A program made the position numbers and the translations under genes. A stretch of DNA of 64,000 bases, from assembly GCF_003334385.1 (NCBI RefSeq), contig NZ_QOWN01000009.1. One strand, given 5' to 3'. Source of the stretch: Escherichia coli (GTDB lineage: Bacteria; Pseudomonadota; Gammaproteobacteria; Enterobacterales; Enterobacteriaceae). The notes beneath the pieces are model-generated. The model saw only the letters and a list, made by a program, of their open reading frames with translations. It had not been told where the DNA came from and ran no database searches. Positions 31,179 to 44,288 of this stretch are shown piece by piece (position 1 is the stretch's first letter; every line of letters begins with the position of its first letter).

Positions 31179-31964
31179 CTACCAGGCACCGTGGTACTGA
31201 ATGGTTTTCGCCGCGCACGCCGTTCCCTGCGCTATCGCCTGCGGTAATGTCATCCCCGCAGACCAGCCGCAAAGGAATCCGGCAATGAACGAATCTCCGG
31301 CACCCATGGTGTCGATAACCGTCACCGGTTCAGGAGCCTGACGCCAGAACTGCGCGCCATCCCAGGCAATGCTGCCGTTTTCACCCAGCGTGACAATCAC
31401 TGTTCCTGCGCCACGGGCAACAATCGCTTTCATCTTCAGACGCAGCGTTTCGTCTTCTTGCGGTGCGGAGGCAAAGGCAAAATCGAGATGCGGCACCAGT
31501 GTCTGCCAGAGCGGGCTGTCCCACTTGTCGGAGAAGTCGAAAGCGGTAAGTTTGCCCGCAGCGTGCAGCTGTGGGAATGCGTCTTCCGCATGTCCCCAGA
31601 TTGCCGCGTGCACAATGTCATACTGCGCCAGCCAGGCGTAATCCTCTTCACTCAGGGCAAAGTCGGCCATCACGCCTTCGGTGTAGTCGCCAAAAACGCG
31701 ATCATTGTCGTGCAGTTCCACCTGAGTTTGTGCGGTAACGCCGTGTTTCGTATGGACATGGCTGATATCGACGCCCATGCGGGCGAGATCCTGCTTCAGC
31801 TTTGTGCCGTAGTCATCGTCACCCACCCAGGTAATGCATCCCGGCTGTATGCCGTAGCGAGTGCAGTACACCGCCACATTGACCGCATTACCGCCAGAAA
31901 ACGCTTTATTCAGTTGCGGGTAGATATCGACGCAGTTATCGCCGATTGTCGCCAGGGTTTTCAT
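31179..31964 (-). CDS. frlD: fructoselysine 6-kinase
   Basis: 261-aa ORF, PfkB/ribokinase family (GAGDSF). Confidence 0.94.
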
Positions 31965-32791
31965 CTCTCATCCTCCGGCAGCAGCGCGCGAAAGCGTTCC
32001 AGCGCCTGGCGGGCATAGAGTCTGGGCTCGTTCATATACATCGTCACCAGCTCCACCGTACAGTAACCCTCATAGCCCCGCTCAATAATATCGCGCATCA
32101 GTTCCCGCAGCGGCATTTTGCCTTCTCCAGGAATGTAATGCGTGTCGCTGGCCCCGTCGCTGTCGACAATATGCAGATGACGTAATTTATCGCCCAGTTT
32201 GTCGAAATAACTCATCACCGGTTCCGCCTGGACATACGGCGCGCAAATGTCGACCATGCTGAACAGGCGCGGCGAAGGCACCAGCGCCAGCGCATGAAGC
32301 ACATCATTAGCATTACACACGACGTTCGATTCATACGGCGTTAACGGTTCGAGGATTAGATCCATGCCGATGTTTTCCGCGTACTCACACAGTTCGCTTA
32401 GGTTCTCTGCCAGCCGTCCCCAGATAACATTAGGTGGCGTGAGATAGCCCGCGTGGGCCGCGGAAATCAGCGTATAACCCGCGTTCATCTCTTTTGCCAT
32501 ATCCATCGCCAGCTTGATCATGTCGAGGCTTTCGCGACGCATATGTTCATCGCCCAGCATCATGTTATACGGATAGCCGTTGGTTTCTGGCGTATAGCCG
32601 ATAATCGGCATCTGATACGTCTGCGCCAGCGCCTTGATTTGTTTGATGCCGCCCGCTTTTAAGTCCGGCGCGAACGCGTGCGGGCGACCGCCCCAAATTT
32701 CGATGCCGTCGTAACCCAGCTCGCTTGCATCACGAAATGCGTGTTCAATAGGCAGCCGCTGGTGGCCGCAGGTAAACATACCTGTTTTCAT
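31961..32791 (-). CDS. frlC: fructoselysine 3-epimerase
   Basis: 276 aa from [19 protein letters not shown]; ATG at 32791 with AGGAG RBS; longer ORF is an extension. Confidence 0.93.
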
Positions 32792-32840
32792 CGGGTAACT
32801 CCTTGCGTAAATCCGGCCCGTTGCCGGGCCGGGAGAGGGA

Positions 32841-33863
32841 TTAATATTCCACCAGACCACCGTAATAGCGGCGTTCATCCGGGTTGTGATCTTTGTAAAT
32901 AGACAGGTAGTAGCAGAGCCACTCCATTGGCACGAACATCAGGAACGGTGCCAGCCACGGGTGCAGCCCTTGCGAAATTTCGGCGTAATCGATGACGATC
33001 ACGTTGTCAGTACGCTGTTTAACAAAGTTAATGGCGCGTTCGGTGGTGTGGCGACTTTCATCATTGCCGAGCAGGAACAGGAACGGAACGCCCGGTTCGA
33101 CAATCTCCAGCGGGCCATGGCGGAACTCTCCGCTCTCAATCACGCAGCCGTGCGTCCAGGTAAATTCCATCAGCGTTACAATGCCTTCTTTGTAACCCAG
33201 CGGACGCAGCGGACCCGCAGCAACGGTATAAATCATCGGCCACTGGCTGGCCAGTTCACCAAGCTGGCGGCCTTTTTCTTCCCAGGTGCGTACCAGATGA
33301 CCGAGCGCATTCGGCAACTGCTTGAGATCGTTTTTGATCTTGCCGATTTCCGCGTTCGGCGCGAGGCGGGTGATCATCTCCAGCACCACGCTGTAGCAGA
33401 GCAGCAGGTGAATTTCCCAGATACAGTCGGCCTGATAATCAATGCTAAATTCCGCCGCCGAGGTAATCGGGCTATCCGCGCGTTTGGTGAACGCCGCAGT
33501 GAGTGCGCCGCAGGCCCGGCCCAGCTCCAGCGCTTTGATTACCTCTTCGGTTTTACCGTAGTCAGAAACGCCAATTACTGCGCAACGATCGTCGAGGCGA
33601 TACGGGGTGTTATCGCAGAACTCCCAGCCGGAAATGGCGTAGACCTGAAGATCGGAAAAGCGATCCGCCAGATGTTTCGCCGTTTGCGCCGCGTTGAGTG
33701 GCGATCCGCAGGCAACGAAATAAATACGATCAATGTCGCGCTTCACCATCTCTTCCACGATGGCGTGCACCAGCGGAACGTCATGGCTGAGAACTTTTTC
33801 CACTTCCTGAACCATATTTTCGGTGACCAGAAAGTCCACGGTGCTTTTATCAATATCCAACAT
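32841..33863 (-). CDS. frlB: fructoselysine-6-phosphate deglycase
   Basis: 340 aa from [13 protein letters not shown] (SIS domain); ATG at 33863. Confidence 0.93.
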
Positions 33864-33883
33864 TTTATTTTCTCCAGATAACA

Positions 33884-35272
<1,389 letters not shown>

Positions 35273-35446
35273 TTAAAAGGTAATATGACAATGCATGATG
35301 AATATAACAACATATGATGTTATGTAATGTGGAGGAAGATCACAAAATTTCGCACAGGATCGCGCTGTGGCTAATGGATGTAGTTATCAAATTGAATTTA
35401 AAGTGAAAATATTTTTACGGGCGGGGGCAAGAAGGACATAGAAACA

Positions 35447-35475
35447 AATACGCCCTCGGAAAATCCAGAGGGCGT
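35447..35475 (-). terminator. rho-independent terminator downstream of yhfL
   Basis: On - strand: CGCCCTCTGGATTTTCCGAGGGCG hairpin followed by TATTTGTTTCT. Confidence 0.6.
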
Positions 35476-35515
35476 CGGGCAATTAAACCGGTGTTAGCCG
35501 ATTTCTGTCAGAGAC

Positions 35516-35683
35516 TTACTGTGCAGTAGGACCGCAACCGCCAATGATTTTAGAAATAGAAATTGCCGGGTGCAGCAGGTAGTCGTAAGAGCAGTTCTTA
35601 TCACGGTTTTCAATATGACCAGTACATGCAGTTAACGTAGCCAGTACTGCACCTACCAGTGCAACTTTAATAAATTTGTTCAT
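35516..35683 (-). CDS. yhfL: small lipoprotein YhfL (55 aa)
   Basis: Hand-translated (below 60-aa track cutoff): MNKFIKVALVGAVLATLTACTGHIENRDKNCSYDYLLHPAISISKIIGGCGPTAQ; lipobox LTAC. Confidence 0.85.
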   Translation of the reverse strand: MNKFIKVALVGAVLATLTACTGHIENRDKNCSYDYLLHPAISISKIIGGCGPTAQ

Positions 35684-35884
35684 TTACATTCCCTATGTAT
35701 TATATATTAATTAATATTCATTGATTATATGAATATAAGCAGACTGCTCGTTAAGAACGATACAGGAATATTTAATTGGCGTCAGTGAGCGAATGACTTA
35801 ATTTTGTAAGTCGCTGTAACGGTGAATATAACCCATTAGCAGATAATATTTATTAAGGGGCTATGTTTTATTTGCTGAATATAT

Positions 35885-35920
35885 AAAAAGAGTCATTAAG
35901 AAGGCCAGAATTCTCTGGCC
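35885..35920 (-). terminator. rho-independent terminator of the nirBDC-cysG operon
   Basis: On - strand GGCCAGAGAATTCTGGCC hairpin followed by TTCTTAATGACTCTTTTTATA. Confidence 0.65.
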
Positions 35921-35929
35921 CGGGTTAAA

Positions 35930-37303
35930 TTAATGGTTGGAGAACCAGTTCAGTTTATCGCGCAGGCCAACAACCCGACCAATAATAATTAGCGATGGAC
36001 TGTTCATTTGCTGCGCCAGTTCTCCCAGCTGTGTGAGCGTACCGTCAATCACGCGCTGCGTGACTGCCGTACCGTTTTCGACAATTGCCACCGGCATTTC
36101 GCCTGGCATTCCGTGTTCAATCAGCTTTTGCTGAATAGTCGCGGCCTGATTCAACCCCATATAGAACACCAGCGTCTGTTTTTCTGCCGCCAGGTTTTCC
36201 CAGTCCAGCTCGCCACCGGTTTTTAAGTGTCCGGTAATTAAGCGTACGCTCTGGGCATAATCGCGATGCGTGAGTGGAATACCCGAATAGGCAGAGCAAC
36301 CAGAAGCTGCGGTAATACCCGGAACCACCGAGAACGGAATACCCGCGTTGCACAGTGTTTCCAGCTCTTCGCCACCACGGCCAAAAATAAACGGATCGCC
36401 ACCTTTCAGCCGCACCACGCGTTTGCCTTTTTGCGCTTCCCGCAGCAGGATCTGGTTAATCTCTTCCTGGGGTACGCAGTGGTATCCCGCGCGTTTGCCG
36501 ACGAAAACACGGTCCGCATCGCGGCGTACCAGATTCATAATATCGTCAGAAACCAGACGGTCGTAGACCACCACATCTGCCTGCTGAATTTGTTGCAGTC
36601 CTTTCAGTGTCAGCAGCCCGGCATCGCCCGGACCTGCACCAACCAGCACCACTTCACCGCGATGGTCGAGCGGTTCGTTGATTAACTGTTCGGTCGTTTC
36701 AGTAATGGCTTTCTGATCGTTGTTTGCCAGCGACTGCGCCAGGCGGTCGTTAACGAACAATTTCTCCCAGAAACGGCGACGCTCACCCATCGTGGCGAAC
36801 TGTTGTTTCACTCGCCCGCGTAATTGCCCGGCGTATTTCGCTACCTGGCCCAGATGTAACGGCAGCAGTGATTCAAGTTTTTCGCGCAACAGGCGTGCCA
36901 GAACCGGAGAGGTGCCGCCAGAGGAGACCGCTACCATGAGCGGTGAGCGGTCAATAATCGACGGCATAATAAAGCTGGCGGCTTTCGGCGCATCGACCAC
37001 GTTACAGAAGATGCGACGAGCTTCAGCGGCTTCGCTGACGCGCTGGTTAAGCGCGTCATCATCCGTCGCTGCAATCGCCAGCCAGCAGGTGTCGAGAAGG
37101 CTTTCATCAAATGGCCCTTCGACGAGGGTTAACATGCCTGCATCTGCCCATGCGGTGAACTGTGGAATAAACGCTAATGCATTCACCGTTAAGCGAGCGC
37201 CTGCGTCTAACAGCAACCTTGCTTTGCGTTCCGCGACATCACCACCGCCGACAATCAGACAGTCGCGATCGCGTAATTGGCAAAATATAGGCAAATGATC
37301 CAC
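35930..37303 (-). CDS. cysG: siroheme synthase
   Basis: 457-aa ORF: N-terminal NAD-binding GGGDVA, C-terminal SUMT methylase domain. Confidence 0.96.
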
Positions 37304-37321
37304 GTAAAAACCCCTTAGTAA

Positions 37322-38128
37322 TTAACCGGCAGCCGTTTCAGTTTGATTAAATTTGTCCGCAACCGGACGATTCGCTTTCGGCGTAGCATACCAATAACCC
37401 AATCCCATGAATACGGCACCTGATAAAGTATTACCCAGCGTCACCCACAGCAGGTTATGACCAATACCCGCCAGCGTGTAGGCTTCGCTGTGGTTGCCGA
37501 ACCAGGAGAGCGCGAACAGCGTCATGTTAGCGATAGAGTGCTCGTAGCCGGACGCGATAAATGCCAGCAGACACCACCAGATAGCGATAAATTTCGCCGC
37601 CCCTTCAGTGCGCAGCGCCATCCAGATTGCCAGGCAAACCAGCCAGTTACACAATGCACCTTTGAAGAAGAGTACCATTGCCGGTGCAGTGGTTTTAGCC
37701 AGCGCGACGGAGTGAACGATGCTGGTATCTACCGGCAGCAGGCTACCGCCGCCCCAGCTATAGAGCATGGCAACGAAGACGGAACCGACCAGGTTACCCA
37801 GCCAGGTTTGCGGCAGGATTGCCCACATTTGCCCGTGGCTGATGCTGCCCGCTTTTACCCCAAAGGTGAGGAACATGGTGTGTCCGGTGAACAGTTCAGA
37901 ACCGGCGATAATCACCAGCGTTAAGGCGATACCAAAGGTCGCGCCCATCACCAAAGGGCGTACGGATGGATCGAGCAAATTACCGAGCGTGAAAATCAGG
38001 ATGATCCCAAGACCCACATACGCGCCCGCCATGGCGGAGCTGACCCAAAAGCCGAGCGGGTTATTTGCCGACAGGCGTGCAATGCGCGCAGCGTTAGCCG
38101 CACACTTATTAATAGTGTCTGTAAACAT
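37322..38128 (-). CDS. nirC: nitrite transporter (FNT family)
   Basis: 268 aa from MFTDTINKCAANAARIARL; ATG at 38128 with AAGGA RBS. Confidence 0.94.
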   Translation of the reverse strand: MFTDTINKCAANAARIARLSANNPLGFWVSSAMAGAYVGLGIILIFTLGNLLDPSVRPLVMGATFGIALTLVIIAGSELFTGHTMFLTFGVKAGSISHGQMWAILPQTWLGNLVGSVFVAMLYSWGGGSLLPVDTSIVHSVALAKTTAPAMVLFFKGALCNWLVCLAIWMALRTEGAAKFIAIWWCLLAFIASGYEHSIANMTLFALSWFGNHSEAYTLAGIGHNLLWVTLGNTLSGAVFMGLGYWYATPKANRPVADKFNQTETAAG

Positions 38129-38240
38129 TTGATTATCCTTTAAAAAATAAAACAAAAAGTTTAAAAAATGTCCTGCAATATACCGAAGATTATTACAGGA
38201 CCATGCAAAAAGGGGAGGCATTGCGCCTCCCGTTAAAACA

Positions 38241-38567
38241 TTAACCGCGCAGCTGCACCACGCCGTCTTTCACTCGCGCTTCGTAATGTTTGACGGAAAA
38301 CTGTTCGTCTTCCATGCACAAGCCGTCGCTTAAGCGAAAACGCTGTTTTTTCAGCGGGCTGGCGACCCACAGCTCGCCCTGGTGTTCCGCAATCAGTCCG
38401 CGTGACAGCACGCTGGACTCGAAGAACGGGTCGATGTTGCTGATCGCAAACACCTGATCGCTGTGATACGGGTGGAAAATCGCGACCTGCTCGTCACCTA
38501 ACAGCGCGCAGACGCCGGTTTCAGGCAGGATGTCATCGATTTTGCAGATGTCTTTCCACTGGCTCAT
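38241..38567 (-). CDS. nirD: nitrite reductase [NAD(P)H] small subunit
   Basis: 108-aa ORF MSQWKDICKIDDILPETGVCALLGDEQVAIFH. Confidence 0.95.
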   Translation of the reverse strand: MSQWKDICKIDDILPETGVCALLGDEQVAIFHPYHSDQVFAISNIDPFFESSVLSRGLIAEHQGELWVASPLKKQRFRLSDGLCMEDEQFSVKHYEARVKDGVVQLRG

Positions 38568-41107
38568 GCGTTGTCCTCCACCAGAGTTACTGGGATACGT
38601 TCATACGGCGTTGCCGGACGGTGCTGTTCGCGCTCTGGCACCATCTGCACGTTCGGGTCACGCTTGTCGCTGTTGATGAAGTGTTTGAAGCGAGTCTGCG
38701 CAGACGGCGTATTGACCGTTTCAGTCCACTCACACAGTACCGCTTCACGCAGGCGCGCCATCTCTTCTTCCAGATGTGCGTTCAGCCCCAGTTTGTCGTC
38801 AATGATCACTGCTTTCAGGTAATCGATGCCGCCTTCGAGGTTTTCTAACCACGGTGCGGTACGCGTCAGTTTGTCGGCAGTACGGATGTAGAACATCATG
38901 AAGCGGTCGAGATATTTGATCAGCGTTTCGCGATCGATATCCGCCGCCAGCAGATCCGCATGACGCGGTTTCATGCCGCCGTTACCGCAAACATACAGGT
39001 TCCAGCCTTTTTCAGTGGCGATAATACCCACGTCTTTACCCTGAGCTTCTGAACATTCACGGGTACAGCCGGAGACACCGAACTTCATTTTGTGCGGCGT
39101 ACGGATGCCTTTGTAGCGGTTTTCCAGTTCCACGCCGAGGCCGACGCTGTCGCCAACGCCGTAGCGGCACCAGGTGCTACCCACGCAGGTTTTCGCCATA
39201 CGCAGTGCTTTCGCATAGGCATGACCGGTTTCGAAGCCGGCTTCAATCAGCTGACGCCAGATCTCCGGCAGATCGTCTTTCTGTGCGCCAAACATCGCCA
39301 GACGCTGGGAGCCAGTGATCTTGGTGTAGAGATTAAATTCACGCGCGATACGACCTACCGCCATCAGCCCTTCCGGGGTGATTTCACCGCCCGGAGAACG
39401 CGGGATCACCGAGTAGGTGCCGTCTTTCTGGATGTTAGCGAGGAAGTTGTCGTTAGAATCCTGCAGCGGAGTATGTTCCGGCTTCAGAATGTATTCGTTC
39501 CAGCAGGAGGCCAGCAGCGAACCGACGGTTGGTTTACAAACTTCACAACCGTAGCCTTTGCCGTGTTTCGCCAGCAGTTCTTCGAAGGTTTTAATGCCTT
39601 CAACGCGGATCAAATGGAACAGTTCCTGACGCGAATAAGCAAAGTGTTCGCACAGGTTGTTGTTAACTTCGATGCCCTGTTTCGCCAGTTCCGCGTTCAG
39701 TACCTGAGTGACCAGCGGGATACAGCCACCGCAGCCAGTACCCGCTTTGGTTTCAGCTTTCAGCGCCGCAACTGTGTGGCAGCCTTTGTTGATGGCAGCA
39801 ATCAGATCACCTTTGGTGACGTCGAAGCAGGAGCAGATTTGCGCGCTGTCCGGCAGTTTATCAACACCGATAGACGGCTTGCCGCTACCCGAGTGTGCTG
39901 GCAGGATCAGGGAATCCGGGTTTTCCGGCAGTTCGATAGCGTTCAGCACCAGTTGCAGCAGGTTACCGTAGTCGCTGGTATCGCCCACCAGTACCGCACC
40001 GAGCAGGGTTTTGTTGTCTTCGCTGACAATCAGGCGTTTGTAGATCTCTTTACTTTCGTCGAGGTAAACGTAGCTACGTGCGCCAGGCGTGCGACCGTGC
40101 GCATCACCAATACCGCCTACGTCTACGCCCAGCAGTTTCAGCTTGGCGCTAAGGTCAGCACCTTCAAAGGCGTTTTCGCTACCGAGAATATGGTCAACGG
40201 CGACCTGCGCCATTTTGTAGCCAGGTGCTACCAGACCAAATACACGGTTGTTCCAGCTTGCGCATTCACCGATGGCGTAGATATCCGGATCGGAAGTCTG
40301 GCAGGAATCATTAATGACAATACCCCCACGCGGAGCAACGTCCAGACCACACTGGGTTGCCAGCTTATCGCGCGGACGGATACCGGTAGAGAAGACGATA
40401 AAGTCGACTTCCAGTTCGCTGCCGTCGGCAAAACGCATGGTTTTACGCGCTTCAACACCTTCCTGCACAATCTCAAGGGTGTTTTTGCTGGTGTGAACGC
40501 GCACGCCCATACTTTCGATTTTGCGACGCAGCTGCTCGCCGCCCATCTGATCAAGCTGTTCTGCCATCAGCATAGGGGCAAATTCGATAACGTGGGTTTC
40601 AATACCTAAGTTTTTCAGCGCGCCTGCGGCTTCCAGACCTAACAGGCCGCCACCAACAACGGCACCGCGTTTGCTGCGACGGGCGCAGGATTCAATGGCG
40701 TTGAGGTCTTCAATAGTGCGATAGACAAAGCAGTCCTGAGTATCAGAACCTTTGATTGGCGGGATCCACGGGTAGGAACCGGTTGCCATGATCAGCTTGT
40801 CATAAAAAACGGTACGTCCGGCGCTGGAGTGAATCACCTTCTCCTGACGGTTGATGGTGATAGCGCGTTCGCCGACCAGAACTTTGATGCCGTGTTTCTC
40901 GTAGAAGCCTTCGCGCACCAGCGACAGCTCTTCGGCGGTGTGGTGAGAGAAGTAAGACGAGAGGTGTACGCGGTCATAAGCGATGCGCGGTTCTTCACAG
41001 AAAACGGTAATATCAAAGTTGGCCGCATCAGATTTATCAAGAAGATCTTCGATAAAGCGATGGCCGACCATACCGTTACCGATAATTGCGAGTCTGACTT
41101 TGCTCAT
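38564..41107 (-). CDS. nirB: nitrite reductase [NAD(P)H] large subunit
   Basis: 847-aa ORF, N-terminal FAD/NAD fold AIIGNGMVG; ATGA overlap with nirD. Confidence 0.97.
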   Translation of the reverse strand: MSKVRLAIIGNGMVGHRFIEDLLDKSDAANFDITVFCEEPRIAYDRVHLSSYFSHHTAEELSLVREGFYEKHGIKVLVGERAITINRQEKVIHSSAGRTVFYDKLIMATGSYPWIPPIKGSDTQDCFVYRTIEDLNAIESCARRSKRGAVVGGGLLGLEAAGALKNLGIETHVIEFAPMLMAEQLDQMGGEQLRRKIESMGVRVHTSKNTLEIVQEGVEARKTMRFADGSELEVDFIVFSTGIRPRDKLATQCGLDVAPRGGIVINDSCQTSDPDIYAIGECASWNNRVFGLVAPGYKMAQVAVDHILGSENAFEGADLSAKLKLLGVDVGGIGDAHGRTPGARSYVYLDESKEIYKRLIVSEDNKTLLGAVLVGDTSDYGNLLQLVLNAIELPENPDSLILPAHSGSGKPSIGVDKLPDSAQICSCFDVTKGDLIAAINKGCHTVAALKAETKAGTGCGGCIPLVTQVLNAELAKQGIEVNNNLCEHFAYSRQELFHLIRVEGIKTFEELLAKHGKGYGCEVCKPTVGSLLASCWNEYILKPEHTPLQDSNDNFLANIQKDGTYSVIPRSPGGEITPEGLMAVGRIAREFNLYTKITGSQRLAMFGAQKDDLPEIWRQLIEAGFETGHAYAKALRMAKTCVGSTWCRYGVGDSVGLGVELENRYKGIRTPHKMKFGVSGCTRECSEAQGKDVGIIATEKGWNLYVCGNGGMKPRHADLLAADIDRETLIKYLDRFMMFYIRTADKLTRTAPWLENLEGGIDYLKAVIIDDKLGLNAHLEEEMARLREAVLCEWTETVNTPSAQTRFKHFINSDKRDPNVQMVPEREQHRPATPYERIPVTLVEDNA

Positions 41108-41165
41108 TTTTGCCTCGATTTCTTTTCTATTACCGCCTACCTTAACGATTCAGCAACCCCGCTTA

Positions 41166-41179
41166 TTGATGTAAATCAA
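41166..41179 (-). promoter_or_regulatory. FNR box of the nirB promoter
   Basis: TTGAT-GTAA-ATCAA perfect FNR consensus ~60-70 bp upstream of nirB ATG. Confidence 0.85.
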
Positions 41180-41333
41180 ATTCACCTTTATATACTCCTT
41201 AATGGGTATATTGCTGATTTGTATAAATTTTCTTAAGTCACGGAATTGTCTGATATTTCATGTTTGTGCAAAAAATAGACAAAATGAGCGGGTTTATAGA
41301 AATAGATGCACGTAGCGGGGGAAGAGAGGAAAA

Positions 41334-41361
41334 GGCCGGACGACGATAGTGCCGTCCGGCA
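41334..41361 (-). terminator. hairpin downstream of tsgA
   Basis: GCCGGAC...GTCCGGC inverted repeat just 3' of tsgA stop. Confidence 0.5.
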
Positions 41362-41368
41362 TGAGCAA

Positions 41369-42550
41369 TTAATGAGAGGTCAGGGTGTTATGCTGACGGT
41401 GACGGCTGACGAAACCTAACAGGAAGCACATCACAAAGACGACAGCGTACAGACCGTTTGCTGTAAGCAGTGCCGCCTGCGGACCGCTATGTTCAACGAT
41501 CGGGCCGGTAACCACAAAGGTCAACATAGTACCGATGGTTCCGCAGGTCAGGACAAAGTTAACCAGTTTTGGCGACGGTACTTTGGTCTGCTGTGAACCC
41601 AGGGTGATGATGGTGGTATAGATCGCGCTGGAGAAGAAGCCCAGAGCGAGAATTGACCACGCCATATGTGCTGGTGTTCCGGTGTTAAAGACGTACATCA
41701 GAATCGCAGCCAGACCAGCCAGTACGGTCAGAATGCGTTGCAAATCAAAGAAGCGAAGAATAAAGCTGAACGCCCACATGCCGACCATGTATGACATCCA
41801 GAAGTTACTCACCAGCGTGCCCGCGTCGTTCAGGCTCATGCCCAGGCCTTTGGCATACTCAGGCACCCAGGAGATAAAACCTAACTGACCGAGGATGTAG
41901 CACAACGCCGCAACAGAGAGAAACAGTACGCCGATCCCCCACTTTTCTTTCTCTACCGGAGCATCCGTTTTTGGCGCATGTTTGCCCAGCGCCGGGAACT
42001 CACAGCCGAAGGTCAGAATAAAAATAGCGACATACACCAGCCCGATGCAGGCATAAACCCAGTACCACTCAATGCTGCGCGCCAGTAGAAACGCGGCGAT
42101 CATTGGGAAAATCATCCCAGCCATACTGAAGAAGGAGTCGGTAAATAACAGGCGGGAACCGCGCTGACGCCCTTCATACATTTGTGTTACCAGGAATGTA
42201 CCAATCGACATGGTGATGCCGCTGACCACCCCGAGAATGAACATCGCCGCCGAGAACAGCGCCAGGCTGTGGCTGAACATCAAACCGGCAACCGCCAGCA
42301 CCATCAGGAGAAAGCCAAAACGTAACTGCGTTTTCAACGGGACGATTTCCATCAGCCAGGCGTTGAGGAAGATAGAGATTAAAATGCCGGCGTTGAGGAA
42401 GGTGAAGGTATTACTCATACTGGAAACAGGCAGATTGAAATAATCGGCGATATTTCCCATCACCATCCCGGTGACAATAACCAACGCACCAGTCAGTGCG
42501 TAGGAGAGAAAGCTAATCCATGTGAGCTTGATGCGATTGCTGTTAGTCAT
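41369..42550 (-). CDS. tsgA: MFS-family transporter TsgA
   Basis: 393-aa ORF, 12-TM-like hydrophobicity. Confidence 0.92.
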
Positions 42551-42811
42551 GATTGGCCTGCGTTCAAAAATAAAATGGCATAGCGGGATATGCCGCGAGC
42601 GGGCGATTTTAGGTGATTTTGTGATCTGTTTAAATGTTTTATTGCAATCGGTTGCTAAATTGCATTTTAAGAGGTGATTTTGATCACGGAATAAAAAGTG
42701 ATCGTCAGGTTACATATATTTCAGATACGTAAAATTAGGTAAAGGGATGGCCTTGTTCTTGAAGGCTATTTAGAATCTCTTCACTTGCTTTTTTTCTGCT
42801 CTGTTTGTTAA

Positions 42812-43393
<582 letters not shown>

Positions 43394-43402
43394 TGATTTC
43401 TC

Positions 43403-43433
43403 GCGCGGGCAATCTTGCCCGCGCTTCTGCTCT
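43403..43433 (+). terminator. rho-independent terminator after ppiA
   Basis: GCGCGGGC-aatctt-GCCCGCGC followed by TTCTGCTCT. Confidence 0.65.
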
Positions 43434-43497
43434 CCCGGCGTAACCCGGATTTGCCGCTTATACTTGTGGCAAATGGACACGTTCAGGGAGGCATCAA

Positions 43498-43665
43498 GTG
43501 AAGAAACTCACCGATAAGCAAAAGTCCCGTCTCTGGGAGCTTCAGCGTAATCGTAATTTTCAGGCCAGTCGCCGTCTTGAAGGCGTCGAGATGCCTTTAG
43601 TCACTCTTACTGCCGCAGAGGCTTTAGCGCGCCTTGAAGAGCTGAGGAGTCACTATGAGCGATAA
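43498..43665 (+). CDS. yhfG: small protein YhfG (55 aa), upstream partner of Fic
   Basis: Hand-translated from GTG 43498 (RBS GGGAGG): [55 protein letters not shown]; overlaps fic start by 11 nt. Confidence 0.8.
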
Positions 43666-44257
43666 ATTCGGCGAAGGGCGCGATCCGTATCTTTATCCAG
43701 GCCTTGATATCATGCGTAACCGGCTGAACATCCGCCAGCAGCAGCGGCTGGAACAGGCCGCTTACGAAATGACGGCGCTGCGTGCTGCGACCATTGAGCT
43801 TGGTCCGCTGGTGCGCGGTTTACCGCATTTGCGAACTATCCATCGCCAGCTGTATCAGGATATTTTCGACTGGGCAGGGCAACTGCGTGAAGTTGATATT
43901 TATCAGGGTGATACGCCGTTCTGCCACTTTGCTTATATCGAAAAAGAGGGCAATGCCCTGATGCAGGATCTGGAGGAAGAAGGTTATCTGGTTGGCCTGG
44001 AGAAAGCGAAGTTCGTCGAGCGGCTGGCGCATTACTATTGTGAAATCAACGTGCTGCATCCCTTCCGGGTGGGAAGTGGTCTGGCACAGCGGATCTTCTT
44101 CGAGCAACTGGCGATTCATGCCGGATATCAACTGAGCTGGCAGGGTATCGAAAAAGAGGCCTGGAATCAGGCAAATCAGAGTGGGGCAATGGGGGATCTC
44201 ACCGCACTGCAGATGATATTTAGCAAAGTGGTAAGCGAAGCCGGGGAATCTGAGTAA
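43655..44257 (+). CDS. fic: FIC-domain protein
   Basis: 200-aa ORF; FIC motif region reads [12 protein letters not shown]. Confidence 0.93.
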
Positions 44258-44288
44258 AATAGCGCGGTTCTTTTGTACCGGAGCCGCC

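Noticed and set aside
32886-33881. 331-aa ORF on the + strand covering almost all of frlB
   Set aside because: It is antisense to a gene whose product is clearly recognisable (SIS-domain deglycase); its translation is low-complexity and R/A/H-rich with no recognisable domain. It is a stop-codon-poor antisense frame of a GC-rich gene.
39092-40609. 505-aa ORF antisense to nirB
   Set aside because: Same antisense artefact: it lies inside the well-supported 847-aa nirB, with no RBS or domain signature.
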